From an uncultured bacterium (GTDB taxonomy: Bacteria; Chloroflexota; UBA5177; JANWHV01), in contig CAVSOU010000011.1 of assembly GCA_963729625.1 (NCBI GenBank), positions 736,001 through 800,000 of the forward strand: DNA of 64,000 nt, read 5' to 3'. The notes under the pieces are model-generated. The model was not told where the DNA came from, did no database searches, and saw nothing but the letters and a program-made list of their open reading frames with translations. Positions 1-13,762 of the stretch are shown here, piece by piece; the stretch's first letter is position 1, and each line of letters starts with the position of its first letter. The position numbers and the translations under genes were made by a program.

Positions 1-1205
<1,205 letters not shown>

Positions 1206-1275
1206 TCATTCCTCCTATTGCAGCGGCACACACGTGCCGGCCATTCCTCATCCTGCTTCAACACAGGGATGCGCC

Positions 1276-1578
1276 TCAGACGATCGCCAGAATGTCCTTC
1301 TCAGACAGGATCAGATACTCTTCACCCTCGAACTTGACTTCGGTGCCGGCATACTTTGCATACAGCACTTCCTCGCCGACGGAGACCTCGGGTACCTGGC
1401 GCGTCCCGTCGTCGAGCACGCGGCCCGGTCCGGCGGCCACGATGGTACCCTTTTGCGGCTTCTCTTTGGCGGTATCTGGCAGGATGACGCCAGCAGCGCT
1501 TACCTCTTCCTTGTTCGCCGGCCTGATCACCACGCGGTCGCCCAGGGGACGGATTCTCAAGGTAATCTGTGTGGACAT
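1276..1578 (-). CDS. groES: Co-chaperonin GroES
   Basis: [10 protein letters not shown]...[15 protein letters not shown]...EKDILAIV; directly upstream of groEL. Confidence 0.98.
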   Translation of the reverse strand: MSTQITLRIRPLGDRVVIRPANKEEVSAAGVILPDTAKEKPQKGTIVAAGPGRVLDDGTRQVPEVSVGEEVLYAKYAGTEVKFEGEEYLILSEKDILAIV

Positions 1579-1820
1579 AATCTACACCTCCCGTGTTGCG
1601 GATACTCCTGCAAAACGCAAGCTTTGCCGGCACTCATGAACTCGTCGGTCCGCCCGTGCGCGATGCGCAAACCAGTGGTCCATGACACATGGAACGGCGT
1701 ACCGGTGGTTGGTCTTGGCGAGGATTCTGCCGCGGCTGAAATGCGCGCTGACAGCGGGCTCACGTGTTCCTACACGCGCCTCTCGAGCAATCGAACCGGA
1801 CCAACCGTCGACGATCCGAA

Positions 1821-1847
1821 TTAGCACTCTCGCATCGAGATTGCTAC
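1821..1847. promoter_or_regulatory. CIRCE element (HrcA operator) upstream of groESL
   Basis: TTAGCACTC-N9-GATTGCTAC, 2 mismatches to TTAGCACTC-N9-GAGTGCTAA. Confidence 0.9.
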
Positions 1848-1859
1848 TCCCCCACATGC

Positions 1860-1888
1860 ATCATACAGTGTAGAGACGTAGCCGGCAA
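1860..1888 (-). promoter_or_regulatory. Sigma70-type promoter of groESL
   Basis: Minus strand TTGCCG-17bp-TATGAT immediately upstream of the CIRCE. Confidence 0.7.
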
Positions 1889-1906
1889 TGCCGCCCGCCG
1901 CAATGG

Positions 1907-2516
1907 GTGTCCGCCACATTCCACACATTCTTCGGACTGCCGAAGCTGCAGGGGGGTATCGAGCTGTTCTTCGTCTCGGGCGTCTTGCTGGTGACGGGTA
2001 CGGCGTGGACCGTGACGTTCAATGCGGATCTGATCGCCGCGGGATTGATGTGGCTGTTCGGCGCCGCCGGCTCACTCGGATCGGTGATGAAGATGGCCGT
2101 TACGTACCCGATGCGGCACAAGTTTCGCACCGGACTGACACTGGCAATGTTCAGCCTGGTGATCTTCACGCTGATGGTCATGTCCGTGCTGACCCGAAGC
2201 ACCGCGGGTAGTCTCGTCTATGACCGGGATACTGGTGGCTACCAGATCTACGGAAATACCAGCCAGCCCGCATCGGCGGCCAGCAACGCCGCTGCCATTG
2301 CCGCCGATCCTACCCTCCGCACGGCCATCGTGGCCACAGGCGCGATCGGTCAGGAAGGCGCGGGCGTTAGGCAACCCGGCCAGCCGGATCAGTCGTTCAC
2401 GAGCAGCGTCGTGAACGCCCTGGATACTGCATATCTGTCGACCACGCGATTCACTCTCCACGCTCGGGCCGCCGGCTACACGTCGGACATACAAGTGGGG
2501 CAGACCTTGAAAAAGC
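1907..2516 (+). pseudogene. Internal fragment of an FtsX/MacB-like ABC permease
   Basis: TM helices and 'MAVTYPMRHKFRTGLTLAMFSLVIFTL' resemble the second repeat of FtsX-type permeases; no N-terminus; the ORF runs into the convergent gene. Confidence 0.6.
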
Positions 2517-3131
2517 TCAGTTGCCGCTCGGTGCACGGGTCTCGCCGCCAAGCCCTTCGAGTAGCGCGAGCACCCGGCGCCACAGCGTTTCTGTCGCCGC
2601 ACCATCATATTCTGCCGGCAGGCTCGGGTCGGTAAATAGGTGGCCGGCGCCAGCATATTCGAACAACTCGAAAAGCGCTCCAGCCGCACACACGTCCGCC
2701 GCCATACCATCGATCTCCGCTTGATCACGGAATGGGTCATCACGCATGAAATGCACCTGAGCGGGGACCGTAGCCGGCCACGTTTCCAGCCCCATAACGC
2801 GCAAGGGAAGAGCGGCGTGCAGCAGTACACAGGCAAGCGCACCCGGACGCGTGGCCGCCAGCCACTGTGCCGCCGCGCCACCTGCCGAGAAGCCCATGTA
2901 CACGAGCCCTGGCGACAGCGGCGCGACGTCGGCCGCGGCGCGCCGTAGCAGCTCTCGGTAGCCGATACTGTCCTGGTACGCCATTGCCGGGTCGTATGCG
3001 TCAAAGCACGCCTCACCACGGTAGAGGTCGGGCGTATGTACCGCATGGCCGGCAGCCCGCAGGCGGTCGGCGGCGTCCTTCACGCCGGCGCGCGGCCCAA
3101 GTACGGAGTGAAACAACACGATCTCAGCCAT
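2517..3131 (-). CDS. Dienelactone hydrolase family (alpha/beta hydrolase)
   Basis: LFHSVLG...TPDLY...GFSAGG nucleophile elbow...YAGAGHLF. Confidence 0.9.
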   Translation of the reverse strand: MAEIVLFHSVLGPRAGVKDAADRLRAAGHAVHTPDLYRGEACFDAYDPAMAYQDSIGYRELLRRAAADVAPLSPGLVYMGFSAGGAAAQWLAATRPGALACVLLHAALPLRVMGLETWPATVPAQVHFMRDDPFRDQAEIDGMAADVCAAGALFELFEYAGAGHLFTDPSLPAEYDGAATETLWRRVLALLEGLGGETRAPSGN

Positions 3132-3256
3132 TGCACAGTCCTTCCGTATGGGAGATAGCGCCTCGCGTGGCGCCTGCCCCTACCTCCTACGATAGCACGC
3201 TGCCCCTGCCATGATCCGGCACGTTTGAGCCTTCAACAGTGGCAGCCGACATGTGA

Positions 3257-3661
3257 TCAATGAGGATCCGGCAGTGTGTACGAGAATACGTACCGGTGTT
3301 CTCCATCGACGATATCGATCGCCAGGATACCGCTGAGCCCTGTTAGGGCAGCGGTGCCGGAATCGGGAACGACCGTGACAGTCAACTCCGGGGCGCCACG
3401 GGTCATGATCCCACGATGCTGCAAGGCGAATGTGCCGCTGCGACCGTGGAGCGTTCCGGTGACCTGCTCCATCGCGACGTACCCGGCCGAGCCCTGCACG
3501 CCAGTCGTGACGCTGAGCATCTGGCCCCAGCTCGTTGCGTCAAGGTCACCGTGGAACTGCTTTTCCAATGTCATCCTGACGACGGACGCGCGCTCCCCTT
3601 CTTCAGTCGCTGGCTGTGGTGTGATCGCTACGTCAAACGTTCCTCGTGCGTGCGCCGTCAT
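3257..3661 (-). CDS. DUF3224 domain protein
   Basis: MTAHARGTFDV...KQFHGDL...SAGYVAME...GTFALQH...VVPDSGTAALTGLSG; AAGGAGG RBS. Confidence 0.85.
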   Translation of the reverse strand: MTAHARGTFDVAITPQPATEEGERASVVRMTLEKQFHGDLDATSWGQMLSVTTGVQGSAGYVAMEQVTGTLHGRSGTFALQHRGIMTRGAPELTVTVVPDSGTAALTGLSGILAIDIVDGEHRYVFSYTLPDPH

Positions 3662-3840
3662 CAGCCCCTCCTTCCGGTCTCTATCGGTTCCAGTGCGCTG
3701 CGGCAAACGCCTCGAGCTTCGCGTCCTCACCGGGTCGCTGTCGTCAAGGTCCCGCTTTCAAGTATGCCTTGGCGATCCTCGACAAGCCGGTCTGGTTCCA
3801 AAGGACTCAGTTTGAGCCTTTCGCCCCGACTGCCCGCGCC

Positions 3841-4017
3841 TTACAAGTGGGTCAAGTGCCATGCCGGTGGCCGGTCCAATGGCCGGGCCTTTGCCCGCGC
3901 GTTGCCGAGACTGACAGCGACCAGATCGCCTTCCACGAGGCCGAGCCGCCCAGCTTCCTCGCATACAATCGTGATGATGAGCGAGTTGCCGACCTTCCGG
4001 TCCTTCTGCATGGTCAT
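3841..4017 (-). pseudogene. AbrB/MazE-type DNA-binding (antitoxin-like) protein, probably degenerate
   Basis: RKVGNSLIITI..EEAGRLGLVEGDLVAV matches the AbrB swapped-hairpin pattern; conserved Pro lost; no adjacent toxin. Confidence 0.55.
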
Positions 4018-4100
4018 GAAAGGGCGATCGGCACTCTCTTGGTGCCTATGCATCTTGCCGTGTTTCCCGTGGTGCATTGCAGCGCAATCGAATCTCAGTA

Positions 4101-4229
4101 GTGCTATGCTCCATTTCGACCGAAATGCAAGTAGTTGCAGGAAGAGGCCTCGCGTCAGCCAACGGCCGGTGGCAACCTGTGGCGCGCAGGCAGCTGGTCG
4201 CGCGGCCAACGGAGGGCCGGACCGTGCAC
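4101..4229 (+). repeat. Diverged direct-repeat copy of the nikM promoter/operator/5' UTR (partner 7478-7607)
   Basis: First 39 nt are 33/39 identical to 7478-7516; similarity continues through GGAGG and GTG-CAY. Confidence 0.85.
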
Positions 4230-4479
4230 TATCGCGTCACAGTACTGGGGCCGGACACGAGAGCAGCATGACCCGGAGCAACGTCGCGACTACGATGCGT
4301 GACATGGCGGGATCCTCTTCTCATTTCAGCGACACCGCGTACGTTCGGCGTACTGCGTCGAGACAAAATGGGAGCACATGCACAACACAAATGTGAAGCG
4401 CTCCCGCACCACTCGTGCGTCCCTGCTTATTGGGCAGGTACGTTAAGTGCCAAGTTGACCGCTCTCTTTTCCGCCGATC

Positions 4480-7249
<2,770 letters not shown>

Positions 7250-7251
7250 CT

Positions 7252-7284
7252 ATTTAGACTAAATCTCATATGATATTTTGTCAA
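7252..7284 (-). promoter_or_regulatory. Promoter and operator of the fur-katG operon (leaderless-type)
   Basis: Minus strand TTGACA-17bp-TAGTCT, 6 nt before the TTG start; palindrome ATTTAG-A-CTAAAT (7252-7264) overlaps the -10. Confidence 0.75.
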
Positions 7285-7477
7285 GACTCACAGTTCATTG
7301 ACCGCGTGCTTTCATCCGCATCGTGGCGTCGAACGCCGCCGGCTTTGCCGCAGTAGTAGAGGTGTACGGCGTCCTCGACTGTGCGGTGGCCGAAGTCTCC
7401 CGTGCGTCCGCGGCTAGGCTAGTCCAGACCCCGCGTTTCTTGCACACAGCGGATGGCACCGCAAGAACCCCGCGCAG

Positions 7478-7516
7478 GTGCTATACTCCATCTCGAGCGG
7501 AATGAAACTAGTTGCA
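7478..7516 (+). promoter_or_regulatory. Extended -10 promoter and palindromic operator of the nik/cbi operon
   Basis: TGcTATACT followed by near-palindrome TGAAAC-TA-GTTGCA (7503-7516). Confidence 0.65.
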
Positions 7517-7601
7517 AGAGCAGTCTATCGCGTCAGCCTATGGCCATTGGCACGGTGAGCCGCGACAGCAGTTGGTCGGGCGGACAAAGGAGGACGGGAT
7601 C

Positions 7602-8885
7602 GTGCATATACCCGATGGCTATCTAAACCCCGCGTTCTCTCTCGGTCTCGGCGTCGTCACCATTCCCGTCTTGGTCGCCGCGACGCGGAAGGTGCAGGAC
7701 CGGCTCGACGATCGTGCCGTGCCGCTCCTGGCGGTCTCGTCTGCGATGTCGTTCACTATCATGATGTTCAACGTGCCGGTGCCGGGCGGCACCACCGCGC
7801 ACGGCGTGGGTGGCACCCTGATCGCCACGGTGTTGGGTCCGTGGGCGGCGGCGTTGTGCGTCACCGTGGCGCTGATCATTCAGGCACTCTTCTTTGGCGA
7901 CGGGGGTATTCTCGCCTTACCCACCAACGCGCTGAACATGGCGATCATCCTGCCCTTCGTCGGCTATGGTATCTATCGCCTGCTGGCTGGGCGCTCGTCC
8001 ATGCTGTCCACGCGGCGCGTGTGGGCGGCAGGGATCGGCGCCTACGTCGGCATTTCGGTGGCAGCTCTGGCCTGTGGCACGGAGCTGGGAGTGCAGCCGG
8101 ACTGGTTCACCGACCATGGCCGAGCGCTCTATTCTCCCTACGATCTGAGCCAGGCAGTGCCGGCCATGCTTGCGGCCCATATGTTCGGCGCCTCGATCGT
8201 GGAGGCAGTGATCACGGCCCTTGGCTTTGCGTATTTGCAGAAGAACCACCCCGAGTACCTGATGACGTCTCTGGCGCCCGAGGACTGGTCCGCGGCTGCG
8301 ACCAAGGCAGCCGCGCAACCATTCTGGCGAGTGCTGGCCCTTGGTCTCGGCGTCGGCATCCCCGTGTTCTTCGCCGCCGGATTGATGAGCGGGCACGGCA
8401 AGCTCAGCAAGCTCTTCGGCGCGGACTGGTCGCAGGTGTCCTGGTCTGATGTACGCGCCATGCTGCTGTGCACGTTCGTCATCGCGATCGTGGTCCTTCC
8501 GCTGGCCTGGTTCGCGCTGCCGAAGCAGGTCCGACCGGTAGGAACTGCCCTTACCGCGATCGCCATTCTGGCTCCGCTCGGGCTGATCGCGCCCGGATTT
8601 GCCTACGGCGAGGGCAGCGCGGAGGATGTGAAGGCGGCGTTCGGTTACGTGCCCAAGGGCCTGCGCGATCTCTCCGGCCTCATCAGCCATCCCCTGGACG
8701 GCTACAATGTGCAGCTACCGTTCTTCAGCGGTGGCAACGCGCCCCTTTGGCACCAGGCCATCGGCTACGAGATCAGCGGAATGGCGGGGATCTTGCTGCT
8801 GGTCGGTCTGGTCTGGGGCCTGGCGACACTGCTGCGCCGCGGACGCGCACAGCGGGTCGCAGCCGCGGAGATCTCACTGCAGTGA
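7602..8885 (+). CDS. nikMN: ECF Ni/Co transporter substrate component NikM/CbiM fused to a NikN (PDGLE-like) domain
   Basis: GTG start giving the MHIPDGYL metal-binding N-terminus; GGTTAHGVGG; QALFFGDGG; C-terminal LAPLGLIAPG..GE. Confidence 0.9.
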   Translation: MHIPDGYLNPAFSLGLGVVTIPVLVAATRKVQDRLDDRAVPLLAVSSAMSFTIMMFNVPVPGGTTAHGVGGTLIATVLGPWAAALCVTVALIIQALFFGDGGILALPTNALNMAIILPFVGYGIYRLLAGRSSMLSTRRVWAAGIGAYVGISVAALACGTELGVQPDWFTDHGRALYSPYDLSQAVPAMLAAHMFGASIVEAVITALGFAYLQKNHPEYLMTSLAPEDWSAAATKAAAQPFWRVLALGLGVGIPVFFAAGLMSGHGKLSKLFGADWSQVSWSDVRAMLLCTFVIAIVVLPLAWFALPKQVRPVGTALTAIAILAPLGLIAPGFAYGEGSAEDVKAAFGYVPKGLRDLSGLISHPLDGYNVQLPFFSGGNAPLWHQAIGYEISGMAGILLLVGLVWGLATLLRRGRAQRVAAAEISLQ

Positions 8886-9742
8886 CGCTCCTCTGGAACA
8901 GGCGGCGACACGAGCGGATCGGCTGGCTGGAGAAGACCATGGGCGGCATCGCCGTCTCCATCGAGCGAGCAGTCTTCACTGAAGAGTTGGCGCGCCGGCA
9001 GGGTCCGCTACAGCGGCTCGATCCGCGGGCCAAGCTCGGCATGTTCCTGGTGCTGGTGCTGGCCGCCAGTCTCTCGCACGCGCTCGGTGCATTGCTGGCA
9101 CTCTACGCGGTGCTCCTGCTTGTCGCGAGGGTGAGCCGCGTGCCTCTCGATATCCTGGTCGCGCGTGTCTGGCTGGGCATCCCTCTCTTCGCGGGCATCG
9201 TGATCATTCCCTCGATCTTCTTGACCGGCGGGAGCCGGCTCTTCGACCTGTCGCTGGGACCGGTCACGTTCAGCCCGTCGGCACTCGGCGCCTTCGATGC
9301 CCTGATCTTCGTCACGCGGGTCGGCGTTTGCGTCTCGCTGGCCGTCCTCCTGGTAGTGACCACGCCATGGGCTGACGTACTCAAGAGCCTGCAGGCACTG
9401 CGTGTCCCCCAGATCTTCACCCTGATTCTGGCCATGACCTATCGCTACATCTTCCTCTTCCTGCACATGGCCAACGGCATGATGGAAGCGCGCAAGAGCC
9501 GCATGGTGGGCCGCTCCACCGGCAAAGCCGAGCGACGTTGGATCGCCGGCGCCATGGGTACGCTGCTGCATCGTTCATTTGCTATGAGTAGCGACGTGTA
9601 CGCGGCGATGATTGCGCGCGGTTTTCACGGCGAGGTACGGACTTACTCGACCTATCGCATGCAGGTGCGCGATTGGCTGGCCCTGGTGGCGTCGGGCGCT
9701 CTGGCTGTTGGTACGGTCGTGGCAGGGCGGTACATACGATGA
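8882..9742 (+). CDS. cbiQ: ECF transporter transmembrane component CbiQ/NikQ
   Basis: LQRLDPRAKL...MTYRYIFL...ARKSR...AMIARGF; GTGA overlap with upstream gene. Confidence 0.92.
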   Translation: MTLLWNRRRHERIGWLEKTMGGIAVSIERAVFTEELARRQGPLQRLDPRAKLGMFLVLVLAASLSHALGALLALYAVLLLVARVSRVPLDILVARVWLGIPLFAGIVIIPSIFLTGGSRLFDLSLGPVTFSPSALGAFDALIFVTRVGVCVSLAVLLVVTTPWADVLKSLQALRVPQIFTLILAMTYRYIFLFLHMANGMMEARKSRMVGRSTGKAERRWIAGAMGTLLHRSFAMSSDVYAAMIARGFHGEVRTYSTYRMQVRDWLALVASGALAVGTVVAGRYIR

Positions 9743-10527
9743 ACGACGTTAAGGCACCGGTGGCTGGCGCGCCCGTCTTTGAATTGCGCAACGTCCGCTA
9801 CGTGTACGGTGGGCGGCATGTGGCCCTGGACGGGATCGACCTGGTGGTCCAGGCCGGCGAACGGGTGGCCCTGCTGGGCGCCAACGGCTGCGGCAAGTCG
9901 ACGCTGCTCAAGCTCCTCGACGGCATTATCGCGCCCAGTGAGGGCGAGATGCGGGCGCTGGGGCGCGACGTGGCGCGCGTGGCCTCCGGCAAGGATGCGT
10001 TCCGCTTTCATCGGCAAGTCGGGCTGGTCTTCCAGGATCCGGACGTCCAGCTTTTCTGTGCCACCGTCCTTGACGACGTGGCCTTCGGTCCCTTGCAGCT
10101 CGGGCTCAGTAAGGAAGAGGTGGGGCGTTGTTGCGCGGAGGCGCTGGCCCAGATGGAGATCTCCCACCTCGCCCGACGAGCGCCCTTCGAGCTTTCAGGT
10201 GGTGAAAAGAAGCGGGCCGCCATCGCCTGCGTGCTCTCGCTCCGCCCGGAGGTGTTACTGCTGGACGAGCCCACTGCGTCGCTCGACCCCCGCAGCAAGT
10301 GGCTGCTCATCAACCTCATTCGCAAGCTGGGCGAGCAGGGAACGACGATCGTGGTGGCGACGCATGATCTGGATATCGTCCCCGTGCTGGCCACACGGGT
10401 GGTGATTATTGGCGAGCAGCGACGTATCCTTGCAGACGGCACGCCTGAACGCATGCTTGGCGACCGGCGGCTGCTCGTCGACGCCAATCTGATCCACGAG
10501 CAGTTGCACGAATTTAGCTTTGCGTGA
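9739..10527 (+). CDS. cbiO: ECF transporter ATPase CbiO/NikO
   Basis: GANGCGKS, FQDPDVQLF, LSGGEKKR, LLLDEPT. Confidence 0.93.
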   Translation: MNDVKAPVAGAPVFELRNVRYVYGGRHVALDGIDLVVQAGERVALLGANGCGKSTLLKLLDGIIAPSEGEMRALGRDVARVASGKDAFRFHRQVGLVFQDPDVQLFCATVLDDVAFGPLQLGLSKEEVGRCCAEALAQMEISHLARRAPFELSGGEKKRAAIACVLSLRPEVLLLDEPTASLDPRSKWLLINLIRKLGEQGTTIVVATHDLDIVPVLATRVVIIGEQRRILADGTPERMLGDRRLLVDANLIHEQLHEFSFA

Positions 10528-10620
10528 TTGAGCGATGGAGCTGAAGCAGCGGTGCGGCCACGATATCGGCCGGCAGGCCGGGCAGGATCACCAATCTGCC
10601 GCCAGACTACGGAGGGGGAG

Positions 10621-11055
10621 ATGACAGCAGGGCACGATGAGGTCGGTGCCGCTATCGCGGTCCTGCGTGGCCTCGGGCTGCGCGTGACGCCGCAGCGCCA
10701 ACTATTGGTGGAGATATCGCGCGGTTTACCGGGTCATTTCACTGCTGAGGAGGTCTATGAGCGGATGCGGGCTACGCTCCCTGCTGTCAGCAAGGTCAGC
10801 GTGTATCGCGGCCTGGAAACCCTGTGCCAGCACGGACTGGTGAGCTGCACGTCGCTCGGCAGCCACGCCGCCCGCTACGAGTGGGTCGGCGCGTCACCGC
10901 ACCACCACCTGGTCTGTTCGCGGTGTGGCCATGTGGAAGATGTGCTGGACGCCGAGCTGGACCCGCTGCGAGCCCAGCTGGCGGAACAGCACGACTTTCG
11001 AGCCGAGATCGGCCACTTCGCCATCTGGGGTACCTGCCGGCATTGCAGCCGGTAG
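10621..11055 (+). CDS. Fur-family regulator, Nur-like
   Basis: LRVTPQRQL...HHHLVCSRC...HFAIWGTCRHC; at the end of the Ni/Co transporter operon. Confidence 0.9.
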   Translation: MTAGHDEVGAAIAVLRGLGLRVTPQRQLLVEISRGLPGHFTAEEVYERMRATLPAVSKVSVYRGLETLCQHGLVSCTSLGSHAARYEWVGASPHHHLVCSRCGHVEDVLDAELDPLRAQLAEQHDFRAEIGHFAIWGTCRHCSR

Positions 11056-11237
11056 CCTAGCCGGCAGGTTCTTTCCCGTCTCGCGGCGCCCGAGACCGAT
11101 TGCGTGCTCACTGGGCCGGCATAGTAAGGGACTTCTATAGAACCTGAGCTGGCCCTAATGTGCAACTCGTTGTATCTAGTGCCAGCAACATCTGTAGTAC
11201 GGCGCGAGACGTCGTGTGGATCACGATGCTGGCGAGC

Positions 11238-11903
11238 CTAGCGAACGGAGGATGTGGGGCGCTTGCTGCTGGATGCGCTCCCAGCTCCTTCCGACGATCG
11301 CGCGTGGGCATTTCGGGCACCGACGCGTTGGCGCCGGTGAGCACGCGACCCGACGCGCTCCAGAACCAGGAAAGCGGCAATGACTGCCAAAACGGCCCAG
11401 ACGATCGCGCGGAGGATTGCCACAAAGACGTTGCCGGCGTAGTAGCCGAGATTTGTCCACAGCAGGGCGCCCTGCGGCACGATGCGCTGCTCGGCGCTGT
11501 CGAACTCCACCCACTGGTGGTGTGATGGCCAGAAATAGGCCACCGTCAGTCGGTACCGGCCGGTATGCCGATACCGGTGCGTTGCCGTGCGACCGAGGAC
11601 CGTACTGCCATCGCCGAATGACCACCGGAACGGCAGGGATGTAGATTCCTTGGGGATTGAGAGACCGACGTTCGCCATGTCTTCCATATAATGCAGGGTG
11701 TCCCCGGGTGCGGCGGCGAGCAGGCTGAAAGAGGACCAGTAGGCCAGAGAAGACGCGGTAACCTTGTCAGTTGTGATCGCCGCTTTATGGCCGTTCACGG
11801 AGAGGGAGGCAATACCGTCAAGGCTGCAGGCTTTGGCGGTCGACGCCAGTACGCCAAACAGCAGAATTGCCAGCAAGACGGGGAAGAAGCCTCTTCGCTG
11901 CAT
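11238..11903 (-). CDS. Secreted, membrane-anchored PKD-domain protein
   Basis: Signal peptide ending AKA|C; PKD motif FRWSFGDGS..ATHRY..TGRYRLTV; C-terminal TM helix and basic tail. Confidence 0.75.
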   Translation of the reverse strand: MQRRGFFPVLLAILLFGVLASTAKACSLDGIASLSVNGHKAAITTDKVTASSLAYWSSFSLLAAAPGDTLHYMEDMANVGLSIPKESTSLPFRWSFGDGSTVLGRTATHRYRHTGRYRLTVAYFWPSHHQWVEFDSAEQRIVPQGALLWTNLGYYAGNVFVAILRAIVWAVLAVIAAFLVLERVGSRAHRRQRVGARNAHARSSEGAGSASSSKRPTSSVR

Positions 11904-12280
11904 GTGCGTCGGTCGCCGCCTTTCCGCGTGCGGATGCCCACCCGCGTCATCTTCTTTGCCGTAGCTGCGCGATGCGCTTTCCGGGTGTCGTGGCCTGCAC
12001 GTGTCGCCACAAGTAAGACACGAGGAGTTGTCCCTATTTCGTAGTATGCGTGAACAGCAAGAAACTGGCGCACGTCCGGGATTCTTGCAGCGACGGGGGG
12101 AGGGCCATCACGTACCCCACGCGGTCACGCACTCACAGCGACCACCGCTCTCGGCACAGTGCCGCCAGGTTGCGCGCAATCGCGGGATAAGCTGCAGCGC
12201 TCTGAAGAACAGCGGCAGATACCGGCTCGTGCAATACCGGCGCCCAGGTCGCGCGGCTTCATTCTCCTGCGTGAACGCAC

Positions 12281-13762
12281 CTACGCTCTGACGACAACCG
12301 TATTGCTTACCTTGTCGTGCCAGCCTTGTCGTCGCCGGTCCCAGAGTAGCCAGAGCATACTCGGCAATAGCGCCAGGCTCAACACAAGCCCGAGGAGACG
12401 GGCGAAGGACGCACCAGGGCCGACTTTCGCGCCGTCTGCCCGCACGAGCCGCAAGCCCATTGCCCGGTAGCCGAGTGTCTGGCCATGCCAAGCCCAGCAC
12501 GGCACGAAATACAGCGCAGGACTGACCAGCAGCAGCAATCCGACGGGCGTGCTGAGGGATGGCGCCGCCTCAACCAGGCCACCGCCGAGAAGGAAGCATC
12601 CCAGCAGGATCGTGACGTCAACCAGAAAAGCGCCCAGCCGTGGCCCCACCGGTGCCAGCATGAGCTGGTCCGGTGGCAAGGCGCGGGAGAGCTGATCTTG
12701 GGTGTACCCGCTGGAATGCCATAGCTCGACAACCGCGGGCGGCCGAGACGGTATCGTCTTCGACGTGTCGGACCTGGCTACCGGCGATAACCCTGTCGAC
12801 GGCTGCTCCGTCGCGGCTTGGCCGGCGAGAGCGGCGTCAAAAGCCGCGACGGTAAGGAAGCGCTCTTCGATGGACAGACTGAGCGCGCGCTGCAGCGCAG
12901 CAGCGACGTCCGCACTGGTCGTCGGCACCAGGGTGCGCACATCGGGGAAGACAAATGGGGGGAAGGCTGCAGGATCGCGTCCTGTCAACAGGTGGTGCAT
13001 GGTCGCCGCCAGCGCATATTCGTCAGAACGCGCCTCTGCCAATCCCTGATACTGTTCCGGCGGCGCATAGCCGCCGGTGCCGATAGCGGTACCGCCTGCA
13101 GCGCTCCTCCGTCGGGCAATTCCGAAATCAATCAGCGTCAACCTGCCGTCCGGGCGCAGCATGATGTTCTGCGGTTTCAGGTCGCGGAAAATGACGGGCG
13201 GGGTCTGGCTGTGAAGATAGGTCAGTGCTCCAGTGAGGACGGCGGCCCATGACAGCACCTGTGCTTCAGGCAGGCCGGGGTCGCCGCGCTGCGCCAGCTC
13301 AGCTGCCAAGTTGTGGCCTTCGATATACTCCATGACCAGGAAACGCGCGCTGCCTTCCGAGACGACATCGCGGATATCGCAAATCGCGGGGTGCTGCAGC
13401 TGCGCAAGTACCTCGACCTCGCGCGCGAACATGGCCATGGCTTCCTGTGCCTCGGCCGGATCGGCGCTATGCAAGAGAATGGTCTTGATCGCGCACGGCC
13501 GCCCCTGGAGCTTCTCATCCGAGGCGCGCCATACCGCGCCCATGGCGCCTGAGGCGATAGGCGCCTCGACGCGATAGCGACCGCCGACGAGTTCGCCGCT
13601 GTGCAGCACGGGCGCGTCGAATGCAGCAGCATTCGTCGGCGCCGCTGCTCCCACGTTCTGCCGTGCAGGGCTCTCGACGCGCGCGCCACAATTCGGGCAA
13701 TAAACGGTCCCAACCACCACAGGTTGCGAGCATGCAGGGCACACGGTCTCGGCCACGCGCAT
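12281..13762 (-). CDS. Ser/Thr protein kinase with N-terminal zinc ribbon and C-terminal RDD domain
   Basis: CPAC/CPNC ribbon; AIK, FRDLKPQN, DFG, YAPPE; RDD pattern RLGAFLVD...GQTLG...WHDKVSNTVVV. Confidence 0.92.
   Translation of the reverse strand: MRVAETVCPACSQPVVVGTVYCPNCGARVESPARQNVGAAAPTNAAAFDAPVLHSGELVGGRYRVEAPIASGAMGAVWRASDEKLQGRPCAIKTILLHSADPAEAQEAMAMFAREVEVLAQLQHPAICDIRDVVSEGSARFLVMEYIEGHNLAAELAQRGDPGLPEAQVLSWAAVLTGALTYLHSQTPPVIFRDLKPQNIMLRPDGRLTLIDFGIARRRSAAGGTAIGTGGYAPPEQYQGLAEARSDEYALAATMHHLLTGRDPAAFPPFVFPDVRTLVPTTSADVAAALQRALSLSIEERFLTVAAFDAALAGQAATEQPSTGLSPVARSDTSKTIPSRPPAVVELWHSSGYTQDQLSRALPPDQLMLAPVGPRLGAFLVDVTILLGCFLLGGGLVEAAPSLSTPVGLLLLVSPALYFVPCWAWHGQTLGYRAMGLRLVRADGAKVGPGASFARLLGLVLSLALLPSMLWLLWDRRRQGWHDKVSNTVVVRA

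Noticed and set aside
7517-7601. Cobalamin or NiCo riboswitch upstream of the ECF transporter
   Set aside because: No B12-box or recognisable NiCo core; the leader is short and has a protein-operator-like palindrome instead.
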